From IMG/VR virus record IMGVR_UViG_3300042922_001062, positions 15,478 to 79,477 of that record: a stretch of DNA of 64,000 bases; one strand, 5' to 3'. Positions within the stretch are counted from its first letter, which is position 1; the number at the start of each line of letters is the position of its first letter. Of the stretch, positions 44,379-54,118 are shown one piece after another. The DNA comes from a virus. The notes below the pieces were generated by a model. The model saw only the letters and a program-made list of their open reading frames with translations, did not search any database and had not been told where the DNA came from. The position numbers and the translations under genes were made by a program.

Positions 44379-44449
44379 AGCCCCCTCCCGTTGCGAAATA
44401 CCATCAAACCATCCGCACGACGGACGAGTCGAGCGGAGAACGGGGTTCC

Positions 44450-45076
44450 ATGATCACGCTCCCGTCCGACGTGCTGGCCCTGCTCGATGCCGGGCGGATT
44501 TCCATTCGCGGCCTGATCCGCTTCGACCTCGGGTCCGGCACATATGGCTTCGTGCGCTCGGTGCAGCCGCTCACCTGGTCCGGCGTGACCTACCAGCCGG
44601 GCGGTCTCATCTCCGTTTCCGACCTCGATTCTTCGATGGACGGTTCGGCGCAGGCCTTCACGGTCAAGCTGGCGGCCTCGCCCGATGACGAGCTGACGCC
44701 CGAGGTGTTGCTGACGATCGAAGCCGAGGATTACCGGGACCGGCCGGTGACCATCTATGACGCCTATTTCCATCCCGACACCGGCGGCCTCCTGCATGTG
44801 CAGGCGCTGAAGCGCGGTTACATCGACACGATCGACCACTTCGACGATCCGGAGGACGGCTACACTCTCGAGGCCAAGTGCGAGAGCCGGGCGCTCGATT
44901 ACACCCGCACCAACGGGCGTCGCCGCACCGTCGTCGATCAGGCGCGCCGCGCGCCGGGCGATCTGTTCTTCGAGCACGCCGCCATGCGCGGTCGCGAAGT
45001 CATCTTCTGGGGGCGGGAAAAGGCGGCGGCGCCGCGACCCCAGGTGCCCCGATCGACGACGCCACGCCGGCGCTGA
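44450..45076 (+). CDS. Minor tail protein
   Basis: GVTYQPGG, EDYRDRPVTI, RG.IDTI, GDLFFEH; tail operon position. Confidence 0.75.
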   Translation: MITLPSDVLALLDAGRISIRGLIRFDLGSGTYGFVRSVQPLTWSGVTYQPGGLISVSDLDSSMDGSAQAFTVKLAASPDDELTPEVLLTIEAEDYRDRPVTIYDAYFHPDTGGLLHVQALKRGYIDTIDHFDDPEDGYTLEAKCESRALDYTRTNGRRRTVVDQARRAPGDLFFEHAAMRGREVIFWGREKAAAPRPQVPRSTTPRRR

Positions 45077-45092
45077 AAGCGGACCACTCACC

Positions 45093-45497
45093 ATGCGGAT
45101 CAAGGGATGGGAACGCGAGCTCCGGCTCGTGGTCGAGAAGCATATCGCCCTGCCGTCGGCCTATGGCATCTCGGATTGCTACATCATCGCCGACGACGCC
45201 GTCGAAGCCATCACCGGCAAGCGGATGTTCACCGGGGCGCGGGGCTATCGAACGGGGGCCGGCGCCGCGAAGAAGCTGCGGAAGCGCGGCTTCGCGACCG
45301 TCGCGGACGCCTTCGCGGCACGCTTCGCCGAGATCCCGGCGATGATGGCACAGCGCGGCGACATCGGCGTCATCCACCAGACCAATGGCGAGGTGACCGG
45401 GGGCGTGTTCACCGGGCTCGGCTTCTTTACCCGCGACGGTGATCGCGCCGTGTTCCTGCCCTGCACCGACGTCGCGCGCGCTTTCCGGGTCGACTGA
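45093..45497 (+). CDS. NlpC/P60-like (DUF6950-type) tail protein
   Basis: YGISDC, AVEAITG, AQRGDIGV. Confidence 0.75.
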   Translation: MRIKGWERELRLVVEKHIALPSAYGISDCYIIADDAVEAITGKRMFTGARGYRTGAGAAKKLRKRGFATVADAFAARFAEIPAMMAQRGDIGVIHQTNGEVTGGVFTGLGFFTRDGDRAVFLPCTDVARAFRVD

Positions 45498-45500
45498 CAG

Positions 45501-48017
45501 ATGCCGTTCATTGCACCGATAGTTGGAGCCGTTGGTGCCGCCATCGGCGCCGTCGGTTCGTTCGTCGGCAGCCTCGGCATCGTCGGCCAGGCGCTGCTCG
45601 GCATCGGCGCCAGCGTGCTCTCCAGCGTCATCCAGAAGGAGACGGCCGGAAAGCCGGAGAAGCAGCCCGGCGGCGTGCAGTTCGAACGCCAATATGGCGG
45701 GGACGTACCGCGACAGGTGGCCTGCGGCCTCGTCGGCATTGCCGGGCACGACACCTATGTGAACACCTTCGGGCCGAGCAACGGCATCCTTCAGCAGATC
45801 TACACGCTGTCGGACTTTCCCTGCCATGGCCTGTCGCGCGTGGCGATCGACGGCAAGTGGGTGACGCTCGGTCCCGTTGGCGAAGATGGGATGCAGAAGG
45901 TCACCAGCGGCGAGTACGCCGACTTGATCCGCATCCAGTTCGTCGATGGCACGCAGACCGCCGCGGTGGCGGGGCTCGTTACCGCGGCGAACCCGGCCGA
46001 CCGATGGACGGCCGATCACATCGGCGCCGGCGTCGCCTTCGTCTATGTGGCGCTCGCCTTCACCGAACCGCTCACCAGCTTCCCCGACTTCTTCTTCGAG
46101 TTCTACGGCGCCCGGCTCTACGACTGGCGCAAGGATTCGACGGTCGGCGGCTCCGGCGGGCACCGCTGGGGCAACTACGCCACCTATGAGTTCACCGAGA
46201 ACCCGGTGGTGATGGAATACAACTACCGGCGCGGCATCGCCTGGAATGGCGATTTGTTCTGCGGCATGGGCATGCCGGCCAGCGACCTGCCGCTCGCCAA
46301 ATGGACCGATGCGGCGAACATCTGCGACGAGTCGACGGATTACGGCACGCGCTATCGCTGCTCGATCATGCTCGACTGCACCGCCATGCATGGTGAAAAC
46401 ATCTCGTCGCTACAGCTGTCGTGCGGGGCGAAGAAGGTCGATGCGGTCGATGGGTCCTGGCCGCTGGTCGGCCACGATCAGGCGGTGGTCGCCACCATCG
46501 CCGACGACGACCTGATCGTGGGCGTGCGGGGGCGCTGGACGGCACGCCGTTCGATGAGCGATCTCGTCAACTCGGTCGCGGGCAACTTCCCCGATCCCGA
46601 CCAGCTGTGGTCGATGATCGGCTATGAGACGCAAACCAGCCCGGCGCTGGTGACGCTCGACCGCCGCAACCGCGATATCGCCGTCGACTTCCCGATGGTG
46701 CGGTCGAAGGACCAGGCCGCACAGCTTGCCGGCATCTATCTCGAGGAGAACCGCTACGAGGCGACCGGTGAAGAGGTCTGGCGTCCGCGGTTTCAGGTGC
46801 TGGAGCCTGGAGACTGGATCCGTCGCATCGGGCGCACGCACGGCGACCGCATCTACCAGATCACCGGCCTGTCGCTCGCCTCGCACGACGCCGACGGGCC
46901 GCGCAACGTCTCGGTGACGCTGCAGGAAGTCGATGGGGCGATCTATGACGGCATCACGGCTCCGCCGATCGTCGTGCCGATGCCGCCCGGCGCGCCAGTG
47001 CTGCTCAACGAGGTGCAGTCATTTTCGCTTATCGCGATTTCGCTGCAGGGCTCCAATGGACGACTTCTTCCGGGCATCCGCGCCGCTTGGGCAACGATCG
47101 ACGACGTGACGATCACGGCGGTCGATATCCAGTACTACCCGACGGCGCAGCCGGCGGCGGTGATCACCAAGACCGTGCCCGCGAGCCAGACCGTCATTAT
47201 TCTTGCGGAGGGGCTGGTCTCGAATACCGAGTATACGGTGCGGACCCGCCTGCGCACCGATCCGCCCCGAGTGATCGCCTGGACGGCCGGCGAGACGGTG
47301 ATGACGGACAGCATCACTGATGAGGCCGAGGAATTCGCGCGCTGGGTGGCCGAAGAGGTGGCGCGGCAGAGCGGTGCGGCCTTCGCCGCCATCGACGCGC
47401 TGCGCGAGGATTTCGGCCAGCTGATCGCCGAGCAGGATGCTCAGAACTGGCGCGACAAGGAAGAATGGGGGTTTCAGCTCTCCGCCTCCGCCGAGCGGGT
47501 GACCGCCTCCTACACCGAGAAGATCACCGTCGTCGCCAGCGACGTCGCCGGCATCGCATCTCAGGTCGTGCAGTTGCAGGCGGAACTCGACAATCTCGAC
47601 GCCGGCGTGACCTTTCGTTCGGTGGCGGCGGTCTCGCTACCGGCCGGTGCGCTCGCCGCCTATGAGGCTGCCGCGGAGGTAAGCGACGGCGTGTACACGG
47701 CGCGCGCCGCCATGATGATCGCGGCTTACAGCAATGCCGGCGTCACGTATTCGACCTTCGAAGCCGAGGCCGATCTGTTCGTGCTGACCCGGCGCGTGAA
47801 CGATATCCGCGTCTCGCCCTTTGTGTCGAATGCCTCCGGCATCTTTATTCAGGGCAACCTGATCGTCGACGGGTCGATCACCGCGCCGAAGCTGAACGTG
47901 GCGAGTATAGACGCCATCTCCGGCAATTTTGGCGAGATGTGGGCCGGTCGGATTCGTCCGCCTAGCGGCAAGATGGATATAAACCTCAACTCCGTCTACA
48001 TCGACTTCTGGAGCTGA
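45501..48017 (+). CDS. Tail tip / host-specificity protein (J-like)
   Basis: G.RLYD.RKDST.GGSG.HRW, NPV, LEPGD, DGSITA.KL. Confidence 0.85.
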   Translation: MPFIAPIVGAVGAAIGAVGSFVGSLGIVGQALLGIGASVLSSVIQKETAGKPEKQPGGVQFERQYGGDVPRQVACGLVGIAGHDTYVNTFGPSNGILQQIYTLSDFPCHGLSRVAIDGKWVTLGPVGEDGMQKVTSGEYADLIRIQFVDGTQTAAVAGLVTAANPADRWTADHIGAGVAFVYVALAFTEPLTSFPDFFFEFYGARLYDWRKDSTVGGSGGHRWGNYATYEFTENPVVMEYNYRRGIAWNGDLFCGMGMPASDLPLAKWTDAANICDESTDYGTRYRCSIMLDCTAMHGENISSLQLSCGAKKVDAVDGSWPLVGHDQAVVATIADDDLIVGVRGRWTARRSMSDLVNSVAGNFPDPDQLWSMIGYETQTSPALVTLDRRNRDIAVDFPMVRSKDQAAQLAGIYLEENRYEATGEEVWRPRFQVLEPGDWIRRIGRTHGDRIYQITGLSLASHDADGPRNVSVTLQEVDGAIYDGITAPPIVVPMPPGAPVLLNEVQSFSLIAISLQGSNGRLLPGIRAAWATIDDVTITAVDIQYYPTAQPAAVITKTVPASQTVIILAEGLVSNTEYTVRTRLRTDPPRVIAWTAGETVMTDSITDEAEEFARWVAEEVARQSGAAFAAIDALREDFGQLIAEQDAQNWRDKEEWGFQLSASAERVTASYTEKITVVASDVAGIASQVVQLQAELDNLDAGVTFRSVAAVSLPAGALAAYEAAAEVSDGVYTARAAMMIAAYSNAGVTYSTFEAEADLFVLTRRVNDIRVSPFVSNASGIFIQGNLIVDGSITAPKLNVASIDAISGNFGEMWAGRIRPPSGKMDINLNSVYIDFWS

Positions 48018-48019
48018 TC

Positions 48020-49399
48020 GTGGCGGCGAGCAACTTCACCATCGCAAGCCTCGGCGGGATCGTCCGGATTCGGAGCTGCCTCGCTCCATACGACCCGAAG
48101 AACCTCTCTCTCGATCCGCGCGTGGTGACGTTCGACAGCGGGCGCCGAAACGTCATGCGCCTGCTCACCAGCGGCGTAGCGGGTGCCGGCTCGCTGCCGA
48201 CGAAGAACATCAACTATCCTTCTACCTTCGGTGGCATCGCTGGTACGCGTAATGTGCGCCGCCTGGCGCTTGCCGGGGCCAACGGTCCGACCCGCCCGAC
48301 GCTGGCATGGATGAGGAATGGCGGCGGCACGCTGACGCGGTACCCTGCCGGCTCTCCTGTCTCGGGCAGCGGAATTTCGACGAGCTACGCCCGCGGCTAC
48401 GGCACTTGCGCCGTGACGCTGGAGAATGACGAGATTTGCTTTTCGCCCAGCCGGGCGAACGTGGAATATGCCTACTTCGTCTTCGGGACGAACCCGACAG
48501 CGTTGGAAGGGGCGGGTGGCAATGGCGGCAGATTTGGGCTGCACCCGCTCTACGGCTACGGTGCATTCATCTCACGGCCAGGGTTCGACCATCTGACGTG
48601 CAGCCTCGACGACATGATGTTGTCGACGCGAAACAACCATTTCCAGATCGAGGAAACGGGCACTGTCACCTGCAACACTTATAGCGGCGGCGGCCCCAAT
48701 TTCAGTTCCGACCAGGTGGATGGCGACCCGTTCCCGCTTAATTTCGGCGGCACGCTGCGGCGCTACGCCATTGCCACGCTGAGCAAGGCATACCCGCACT
48801 ATCCCCCGGTCATTGCCTATGCTCCGGACGGCGGCAACCAGCAGCTGGTGAGCATCTTCTGGCTGAATTCGACGCAGATCCTGCTTGCCGGCATGCCGAA
48901 TGACACGACGCCGATCCGCTACGCCGTGGTGGGCAGCGACCCGGCGTATGTTCCAGGGCCCGACACCTCCTCGGTGTGCCGGGTGCACATGGAATCCGGC
49001 GGCCTTTTCGTCACCAAGAAGAATGTCAGCTTCTACAGCGCCGGCGCGAACGACTTCCTCTTTCGCTCCGACCGGATCACGCCCTATTTCCCGGACTTCG
49101 GGGCAATCACCACGGCACAGAACACGAACTGGTACAACCTGCCGGCGGCCGGCGTGCCGCCAGTTGGGGCGGGAACGCCGTTCGGCTTCATCCTGGTGGC
49201 TGACGGCACCTCAGGTTGGTGGTGTGGCTGCGGCAAGGTGCAGTCGCAGGACATCGTCGCGACGGGTGGCGGCGCCTATCAGAACATCTTCCGCGCCACG
49301 ATCACGAGCCGCACCCAATACCTCTGGGAGCGGACTTCCGGCTGGACCGCAGCAGCATTCGGCTGGGTCGCGGCCATGAACATCTCCGACTTCGGCTGA
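48020..49399 (+). CDS. Tail-associated protein with three internal repeats
   Basis: Recurrent G.FISRPGFD....S.DDMML.T-type units (also GLFVTKKNVS....NDFLFRSD). Confidence 0.65.
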   Translation: MAASNFTIASLGGIVRIRSCLAPYDPKNLSLDPRVVTFDSGRRNVMRLLTSGVAGAGSLPTKNINYPSTFGGIAGTRNVRRLALAGANGPTRPTLAWMRNGGGTLTRYPAGSPVSGSGISTSYARGYGTCAVTLENDEICFSPSRANVEYAYFVFGTNPTALEGAGGNGGRFGLHPLYGYGAFISRPGFDHLTCSLDDMMLSTRNNHFQIEETGTVTCNTYSGGGPNFSSDQVDGDPFPLNFGGTLRRYAIATLSKAYPHYPPVIAYAPDGGNQQLVSIFWLNSTQILLAGMPNDTTPIRYAVVGSDPAYVPGPDTSSVCRVHMESGGLFVTKKNVSFYSAGANDFLFRSDRITPYFPDFGAITTAQNTNWYNLPAAGVPPVGAGTPFGFILVADGTSGWWCGCGKVQSQDIVATGGGAYQNIFRATITSRTQYLWERTSGWTAAAFGWVAAMNISDFG

Positions 49400-49411
49400 C
49401 CCGAGGACACC

Positions 49412-50605
49412 ATGCCCGAATTCTACAGCACTGGCACCGTTTCGGTGCCCGCCGGCAGCACGACCGTGACCCTGGCCGATGGTCTCTGGAGCGGCGTCCT
49501 TGCGGGTGACACCATCGAAATCGGTGATCTCCCGGGGAAGACAATCGCATCGCCGACGGATGCCACTCATCTGGAGCTCGCCGTGCCGGTGACCGCCGGC
49601 CAGGTGAATGTTCCCTATGTGCTCCGCTTCGACGCGCCTTCCCGTTTCACCTCCGGCTATCTCGCGGAGCAGGTGCGGGCGCTGATCGCCCAGGCCGGCA
49701 TCATCAAGGCCGCTCGGCCGAATTATGAGGTGCAGAGCCTCGGCAGCAACGCCCCTCCCGGCGCGCCCGTCACGGGCGACTTGTATGTCGTGGGCACCGC
49801 GCCGACGGGCATCTGGGCGGGCCGGGCGAATAATCTGGCACAGTGGACCGGGTCGGCGTGGCTGTTCACCGCGGCTGACCATGGTACGTCCGTGGTCAGC
49901 GTCGCGACGGGCATCGTGTCGATTTGGAACGGCACGGCGTGGACCACGTTCCAGACTGCGCTTGGCTTTGCCCCGGTGAACAAGGCCGGCGATACCATGA
50001 GCGGTCGGCTGATTGCTGACGGTGGCGTACAGGGCAATAACGGCATCGCCACTGCCACCTTGAATCTCGGTGAACTCGAGGTTCAAGGCAACGGCATCGG
50101 CGCCGCGGCCATGGCGTTCCACCGCCCCGGCGGGTTCGCGGCCTACTTCGGACTTGATACCGACAATGCGTGGAAGGTCGGCGGCGGCTCGTATGGAGCC
50201 GTGGCCCACAAGATCTACCACGCGGCCAGCATCGTCGGCACCGTCTCGCAGTCCGGCGGCACGCCGACCGGCGCGATTGTCGAGCGCGGCAGCAACGCGA
50301 GCGGCGAATTCGTCCGCTTCGCAGATGGGACCCAAATATGTTGGCGCACGACTTCCGGCACAACGCTGTCGACGACCACCGTAGCGAACGGGTTGTACCG
50401 AACCGATCCCTTCACCGTTACCTTCCCGGCGTCGTTTGCGGGGGTACCCTTTGGCATCATCAACATTGGTCCGGGTAACGGCTGGATGGGCACCCTGTCA
50501 GGGGTAAACACCACGCAGTGGACCTATCAGCTGCTCGCGGTTCAGGCGATCACGTCTGGCGCGACGAACAATATGCAATTCTTGGCTGTCGGCAGGTGGT
50601 TCTGA
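49412..50605 (+). CDS. Helper tail fibre (DUF2793-like module, gp53-like C-terminus)
   Basis: PVNKAGDTMSG, FHRPG.FAAYFGLD, GAIVERGSNASGEFVRFADGTQICW. Confidence 0.88.
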   Translation: MPEFYSTGTVSVPAGSTTVTLADGLWSGVLAGDTIEIGDLPGKTIASPTDATHLELAVPVTAGQVNVPYVLRFDAPSRFTSGYLAEQVRALIAQAGIIKAARPNYEVQSLGSNAPPGAPVTGDLYVVGTAPTGIWAGRANNLAQWTGSAWLFTAADHGTSVVSVATGIVSIWNGTAWTTFQTALGFAPVNKAGDTMSGRLIADGGVQGNNGIATATLNLGELEVQGNGIGAAAMAFHRPGGFAAYFGLDTDNAWKVGGGSYGAVAHKIYHAASIVGTVSQSGGTPTGAIVERGSNASGEFVRFADGTQICWRTTSGTTLSTTTVANGLYRTDPFTVTFPASFAGVPFGIINIGPGNGWMGTLSGVNTTQWTYQLLAVQAITSGATNNMQFLAVGRWF

Positions 50606-50910
50606 TGCGCATCGACCTTTCACCCATGCGGCGCGACGACGTCCTGATCGTCAGCAAGGCCGGCGACGTGCTTACCATCAACGGCGCGGCGATCGACTTC
50701 TCCGGGCTGCCCGACGGGGCGACCGTTCCCAACGGGGCGGTGCTATCCGACTGGATCGTCGGCGAGGTCAGCCGCGTTGCAGGCGATCTCGAGTTGACTC
50801 TGATCCTGCCGCACCGGCCTGCGCCGTCGCAGGCGGTCGCCTTTCCGGCGCCGATCCTCGATCCGGTCGATGGAGTGATCGTGCTGCCTGCCGATGAGGA
50901 GACCCCTTGA
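50605..50910 (+). CDS. Tail fibre-associated protein
   Basis: MRIDLSP.RRDD, GDVLTING..IDFS.LPDGAT. Confidence 0.7.
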   Translation: MRIDLSPMRRDDVLIVSKAGDVLTINGAAIDFSGLPDGATVPNGAVLSDWIVGEVSRVAGDLELTLILPHRPAPSQAVAFPAPILDPVDGVIVLPADEETP

Positions 50911-51251
50911 TGCGGACGCTCACCCCTGCCGACTACATCACCGCCGACCAGAAGGCGGCCGAGCAGCATGAGCAGCTCCTCGCCATGTACTCGTCCACCA
51001 TCCAGGGCATGCTCGATGCCAAGGCGCAGGAGCGCCAGTATGACGGCATGCTCGCAGCGGTCACCTATCTTGACGATCCGAACCCGGCCTATGCCGCCGA
51101 GGCGACGGCGCTGAAGACCTTTCGTTCGAATGTTTGGACCTATGCCTTTGCCGCCCTGGCCGAGGTTCAGAGCGGCGCGCGAGAAGCTCCAACTGTCGAG
51201 GCTTTCTTGGCAGAGGTCGCTGCGGCCTGCCCGATCACGTGGCCATCGTGA
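50907..51251 (+). CDS. Tail fibre chaperone-like protein
   Basis: LDAKAQERQYD....A.TY, EA......R..VW, C-terminal WP. Confidence 0.7.
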   Translation: MMRTLTPADYITADQKAAEQHEQLLAMYSSTIQGMLDAKAQERQYDGMLAAVTYLDDPNPAYAAEATALKTFRSNVWTYAFAALAEVQSGAREAPTVEAFLAEVAAACPITWPS

Positions 51252-51927
51252 GGTGGCCACGATCGTCGATGTATTGGGCTAGTCTGTCTCGTATAAACCG
51301 GATGGCTTCCGCGGGAAGCCGCTCCGCCGCGTCGCGCGACTTCAACGTCGAAACATGCCGTCGATGATAGAGGGTGCTGCCGTCATATTGGCTAAAGCCG
51401 ATATCCACCAGGCTCCGATCGGCGTTTTCGAGGTTGTCGGTTAGCGCCTTCACGGCGCTCTTAGAATGCCGCTTCGCGATGCGACGGGCCTCGAATGGCG
51501 AAGAATACCCAAGAAACCGCCCGATGCGCCACGCAGCATAGAATGGGCGGCGGTCTATCTCATCATAGTCAATTACCAGAGAGTGAGCTCGGATTTCGGC
51601 GAACATGTCGAGCCACTCTTTGAGGTCGTCAATGGACCTTTCGAGCGTAAAGCCGAAGGTTTCCATCCATGAAGCGATGGCGTCTTCAGGTCGCCTTACC
51701 GTGCATATCGATTTGGCGGCACCAAGATTAATCAGACGACGGCAGCTCGAGCTTACGCTATGCGACTTCATAATTACGAAGTCACTCTCCCCACTACGGC
51801 TGACGACATTCAGAAAGTCGTTTTCCGGCTCCTGATAGACTGACCCTCGGGAAGAGAGGTAGTCCCGCGCCACGTTAAAGCTGAAAGTCGACCCGCTTCG
51901 CTGCATGCCGCCGATCACGACAATCAT
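51235..51927 (-). CDS. Sulfotransferase-family (P-loop) protein, moron
   Basis: GMQRSGST (5'-PSB-like), RRPEDAIAS (3'-PB-like). Confidence 0.75.
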   Translation of the reverse strand: MIVVIGGMQRSGSTFSFNVARDYLSSRGSVYQEPENDFLNVVSRSGESDFVIMKSHSVSSSCRRLINLGAAKSICTVRRPEDAIASWMETFGFTLERSIDDLKEWLDMFAEIRAHSLVIDYDEIDRRPFYAAWRIGRFLGYSSPFEARRIAKRHSKSAVKALTDNLENADRSLVDIGFSQYDGSTLYHRRHVSTLKSRDAAERLPAEAIRFIRDRLAQYIDDRGHLTMAT

Positions 51928-52108
51928 CTGTGCGATTCCAAAGTTCCTTGAAGGGTCGAAGGTGCAGCAGCGGCAAACCCGGGTCAACATGATGCCGCCG
52001 CTGCGCGCAGCGGCTGGTTGGAGCGGGTCTGTCGCAACGGCAAGCTGGCTCGTTAGCGCCCAAGTAGTCGGCGTTTGCCCTCGCCCCGCGGCCAATTGGC
52101 CGAGCCCC

Positions 52109-52291
52109 TCAGCCGTCGTCGGGTAACCCTTTCATTCCGGAAGCAGCAATGCGCCTGGCGCTGCGATTTAGGTGCCGGTGAGCATCGGCGTCTTCTGCCG
52201 TGAACCGTGCGACGCGACGGTCGACCCACCAGCAGAACATGACCGTGATCGTGCCGATGCCCGCAAAGACGAGGCCGAAGCCGTCCACCAT
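52109..52291 (-). CDS. Small membrane protein
   Basis: N-terminal TM segment. Confidence 0.35.
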   Translation of the reverse strand: MVDGFGLVFAGIGTITVMFCWWVDRRVARFTAEDADAHRHLNRSARRIAASGMKGLPDDG

Positions 52292-52338
52292 TCGGCGCTG
52301 AACCGCATTGCCAGATCTCCTCGTGGGTTCGGCCGGGC

Positions 52339-52563
52339 CTATTGAACTGCCGCCTGATCAAGTGCTTTCCAAGCTGCCTCAAGCTGCTTCCATGACTCCC
52401 TACTAACTCTAACGATCGCCAGCCTTTCATCACGGGTCAACGATGGCTTGCGGGCCGCGGCGAGGGCGTAGGAGTGGTCCTCGATCGCGCTCTCCAGCTC
52501 GGAGAGCATTTCGATCAGCCTCTTTTCGTCACTCACCGCATCTTCCCTTCGGACATAGCTCAC
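52339..52563 (-). CDS. Small helical hypothetical protein
   Basis: Coiled-coil-like composition. Confidence 0.4.
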   Translation of the reverse strand: MSYVRREDAVSDEKRLIEMLSELESAIEDHSYALAAARKPSLTRDERLAIVRVSRESWKQLEAAWKALDQAAVQ

Positions 52564-52634
52564 CGTCGTTGCACCGCAGGCCGCCTCAGGGCTGGGCCTG
52601 ATCCTGTTCCTAACTCGACAATCTGGAGACCGCC

Positions 52635-53303
52635 ATGGCGCGTACCGTCACGCCTGAAGTCGTCGCGCATGTGAAGCGCTTCGAAGGTTGCAAACTTGCG
52701 GCCTATCCCGATCCCGGTTCAGTCAAGGGTGAGCCGTGGACCATCGGCTACGGCCACACCTCGGATGCCTTCATGCCGGTCAAGAAGGGCATGAAGATCA
52801 CGCAGGCGCAGGCGGACGCCGCGCTGGAGCACGACCTGAATGAGGTGGCGGACGCTCTCGACCGCCTCGTGAAAGTGCCCCTGAACGACTGGCAGCGGGG
52901 CGCCCTCGCCAGCTTCGTCTTCAACATCGGCGAGGGGGCGTTTGCCAAGTCCACCCTCCTGCGCAAGCTCAATGCCGGCGACTACGACGCCGTGCCCGCC
53001 CAACTCGCCCGCTGGAACAAGAACGACGGCAAGGTCATGAAGGGCCTCACCAACCGTCGCGCGGCCGAGGCAGGCCTGTGGGCGAAGGGCTCCTTCGTGG
53101 CCTCGAACACCATCCCCGCTGCCCCCGGCACCCCGATCAAGGATCTGGTGACGAGCGAGAACATCACGGCGACCGGCGGCCTTCTGGGTGGCGCGGCTGC
53201 GCTCGCGACGGGTAGCGGCCCGGTGCAGATCGCGGTCGGCATCTGCCTCGTGATCGCAGTCGGCGTCATCGCCTTCCTCATCATCCGAAAGGCCACGCGA
53301 TGA
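52635..53303 (+). CDS. GH24 lysozyme (endolysin) with a C-terminal TM segment
   Basis: FEG....YPD...PWTIGYGHT, SFVFNIG, GLTNRRAAE; hydrophobic C-tail. Confidence 0.93.
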   Translation: MARTVTPEVVAHVKRFEGCKLAAYPDPGSVKGEPWTIGYGHTSDAFMPVKKGMKITQAQADAALEHDLNEVADALDRLVKVPLNDWQRGALASFVFNIGEGAFAKSTLLRKLNAGDYDAVPAQLARWNKNDGKVMKGLTNRRAAEAGLWAKGSFVASNTIPAAPGTPIKDLVTSENITATGGLLGGAAALATGSGPVQIAVGICLVIAVGVIAFLIIRKATR

Positions 53304-53545
53304 CATGGCTACTCGCCCTCTGGGGCAAGGCGAAATTCTACATCCTCGCCGCCGCCGCGTTCCTTGCTGCCATCGGGGCAGCGTGGTGGCGGGCAAGGGA
53401 AGACGGGAAGAACGCGATCCGGCTGGAGCAGGCCAAGGCGCGGGAGAGGCTTCAGGAGAAATACGATGAAATCGACCGCGCGCCTGCTGATGTTGACGCT
53501 GCCTATGATCGCCTTGGGCGGATGCGTGACGAACGTCGTCGGTAG
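53300..53545 (+). CDS. Putative i-spanin (Rz-like)
   Basis: N-terminal TM plus coiled coil, after the endolysin. Confidence 0.65.
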   Translation: MTWLLALWGKAKFYILAAAAFLAAIGAAWWRAREDGKNAIRLEQAKARERLQEKYDEIDRAPADVDAAYDRLGRMRDERRR

Positions 53546-53678
53546 CTGCCCCGGCCTGTCGGCGCCTCCGAAAGAGGCTGTAGCGGCCTTGCGCGCGTCC
53601 GGCAGCACTCAGGTTGACGCTTGGGTCGTCGACCTCGATCGCCATTACCAGAAGCTCGATGCGTGTGCGGGGCGCTGA
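53466..53678 (+). CDS. Putative o-spanin lipoprotein (Rz1-like)
   Basis: Lipobox LGGC; overlaps the i-spanin 3' end in another frame. Confidence 0.7.
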   Translation: MKSTARLLMLTLPMIALGGCVTNVVGSCPGLSAPPKEAVAALRASGSTQVDAWVVDLDRHYQKLDACAGR

Positions 53679-53962
53679 TGCACAACGAGCCCACCGAAAA
53701 CCTCGTTCTCTCCATCTCGAAGGACGAACTGTCCCAGATGATGGAGAAGGCGGTGCAGCGCGGCCTCGCCGACGCCGGCCTCTATCTGGAGGACTCGGAC
53801 GACCGCAAGGAGGCGCGCGAGGATTTCCGCTTCCTGCGCCGCTGGAGACGGGCCGCTGACGGCGCTGCCTCCAAGATCGGATATGCCGTCATCACCATCC
53901 TGACGGGCGGCCTGCTGATCGCTCTCTGGGTCGGCATCAAAGTCCATGTGCTCAAGCAGTGA
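53678..53962 (+). CDS. Putative holin-like membrane protein
   Basis: Single C-terminal TM; in the lysis cassette. Confidence 0.5.
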   Translation: MHNEPTENLVLSISKDELSQMMEKAVQRGLADAGLYLEDSDDRKEAREDFRFLRRWRRAADGAASKIGYAVITILTGGLLIALWVGIKVHVLKQ

Positions 53963-54118
53963 CACGGCCTGCTGAGCACTCCAATCCATCGAGGCCGACG
54001 GGTGAATCCCCTGCGTATCGGCCATCCACGGGAAAGGCGGATTCGACAGCTTCTCGTCTCCAGCCGATATCTGTACGATGCCCGACCGCGCCTGAATAGC
54101 TGAGGACCCCGAGCGCAA

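Larger units (their letters stand above)
1..53962 (+). mobile_element. Prophage (HK97-fold siphovirus type, putative cos packaging); left end outside the window, right end uncertain (may extend over the glycan cluster to ~60.9 kb)
   Basis: Co-oriented replication, HNH-terS-terL, protease/capsid, portal, head-tail, tail tube, tape measure, fibre and lysis genes. Confidence 0.93.

Noticed and set aside
20750-50605. Invertase-driven tail fibre switching between the two fibres
   Set aside because: The copies are in direct orientation 28 kb apart, with no serine invertase or inverted crossover sites
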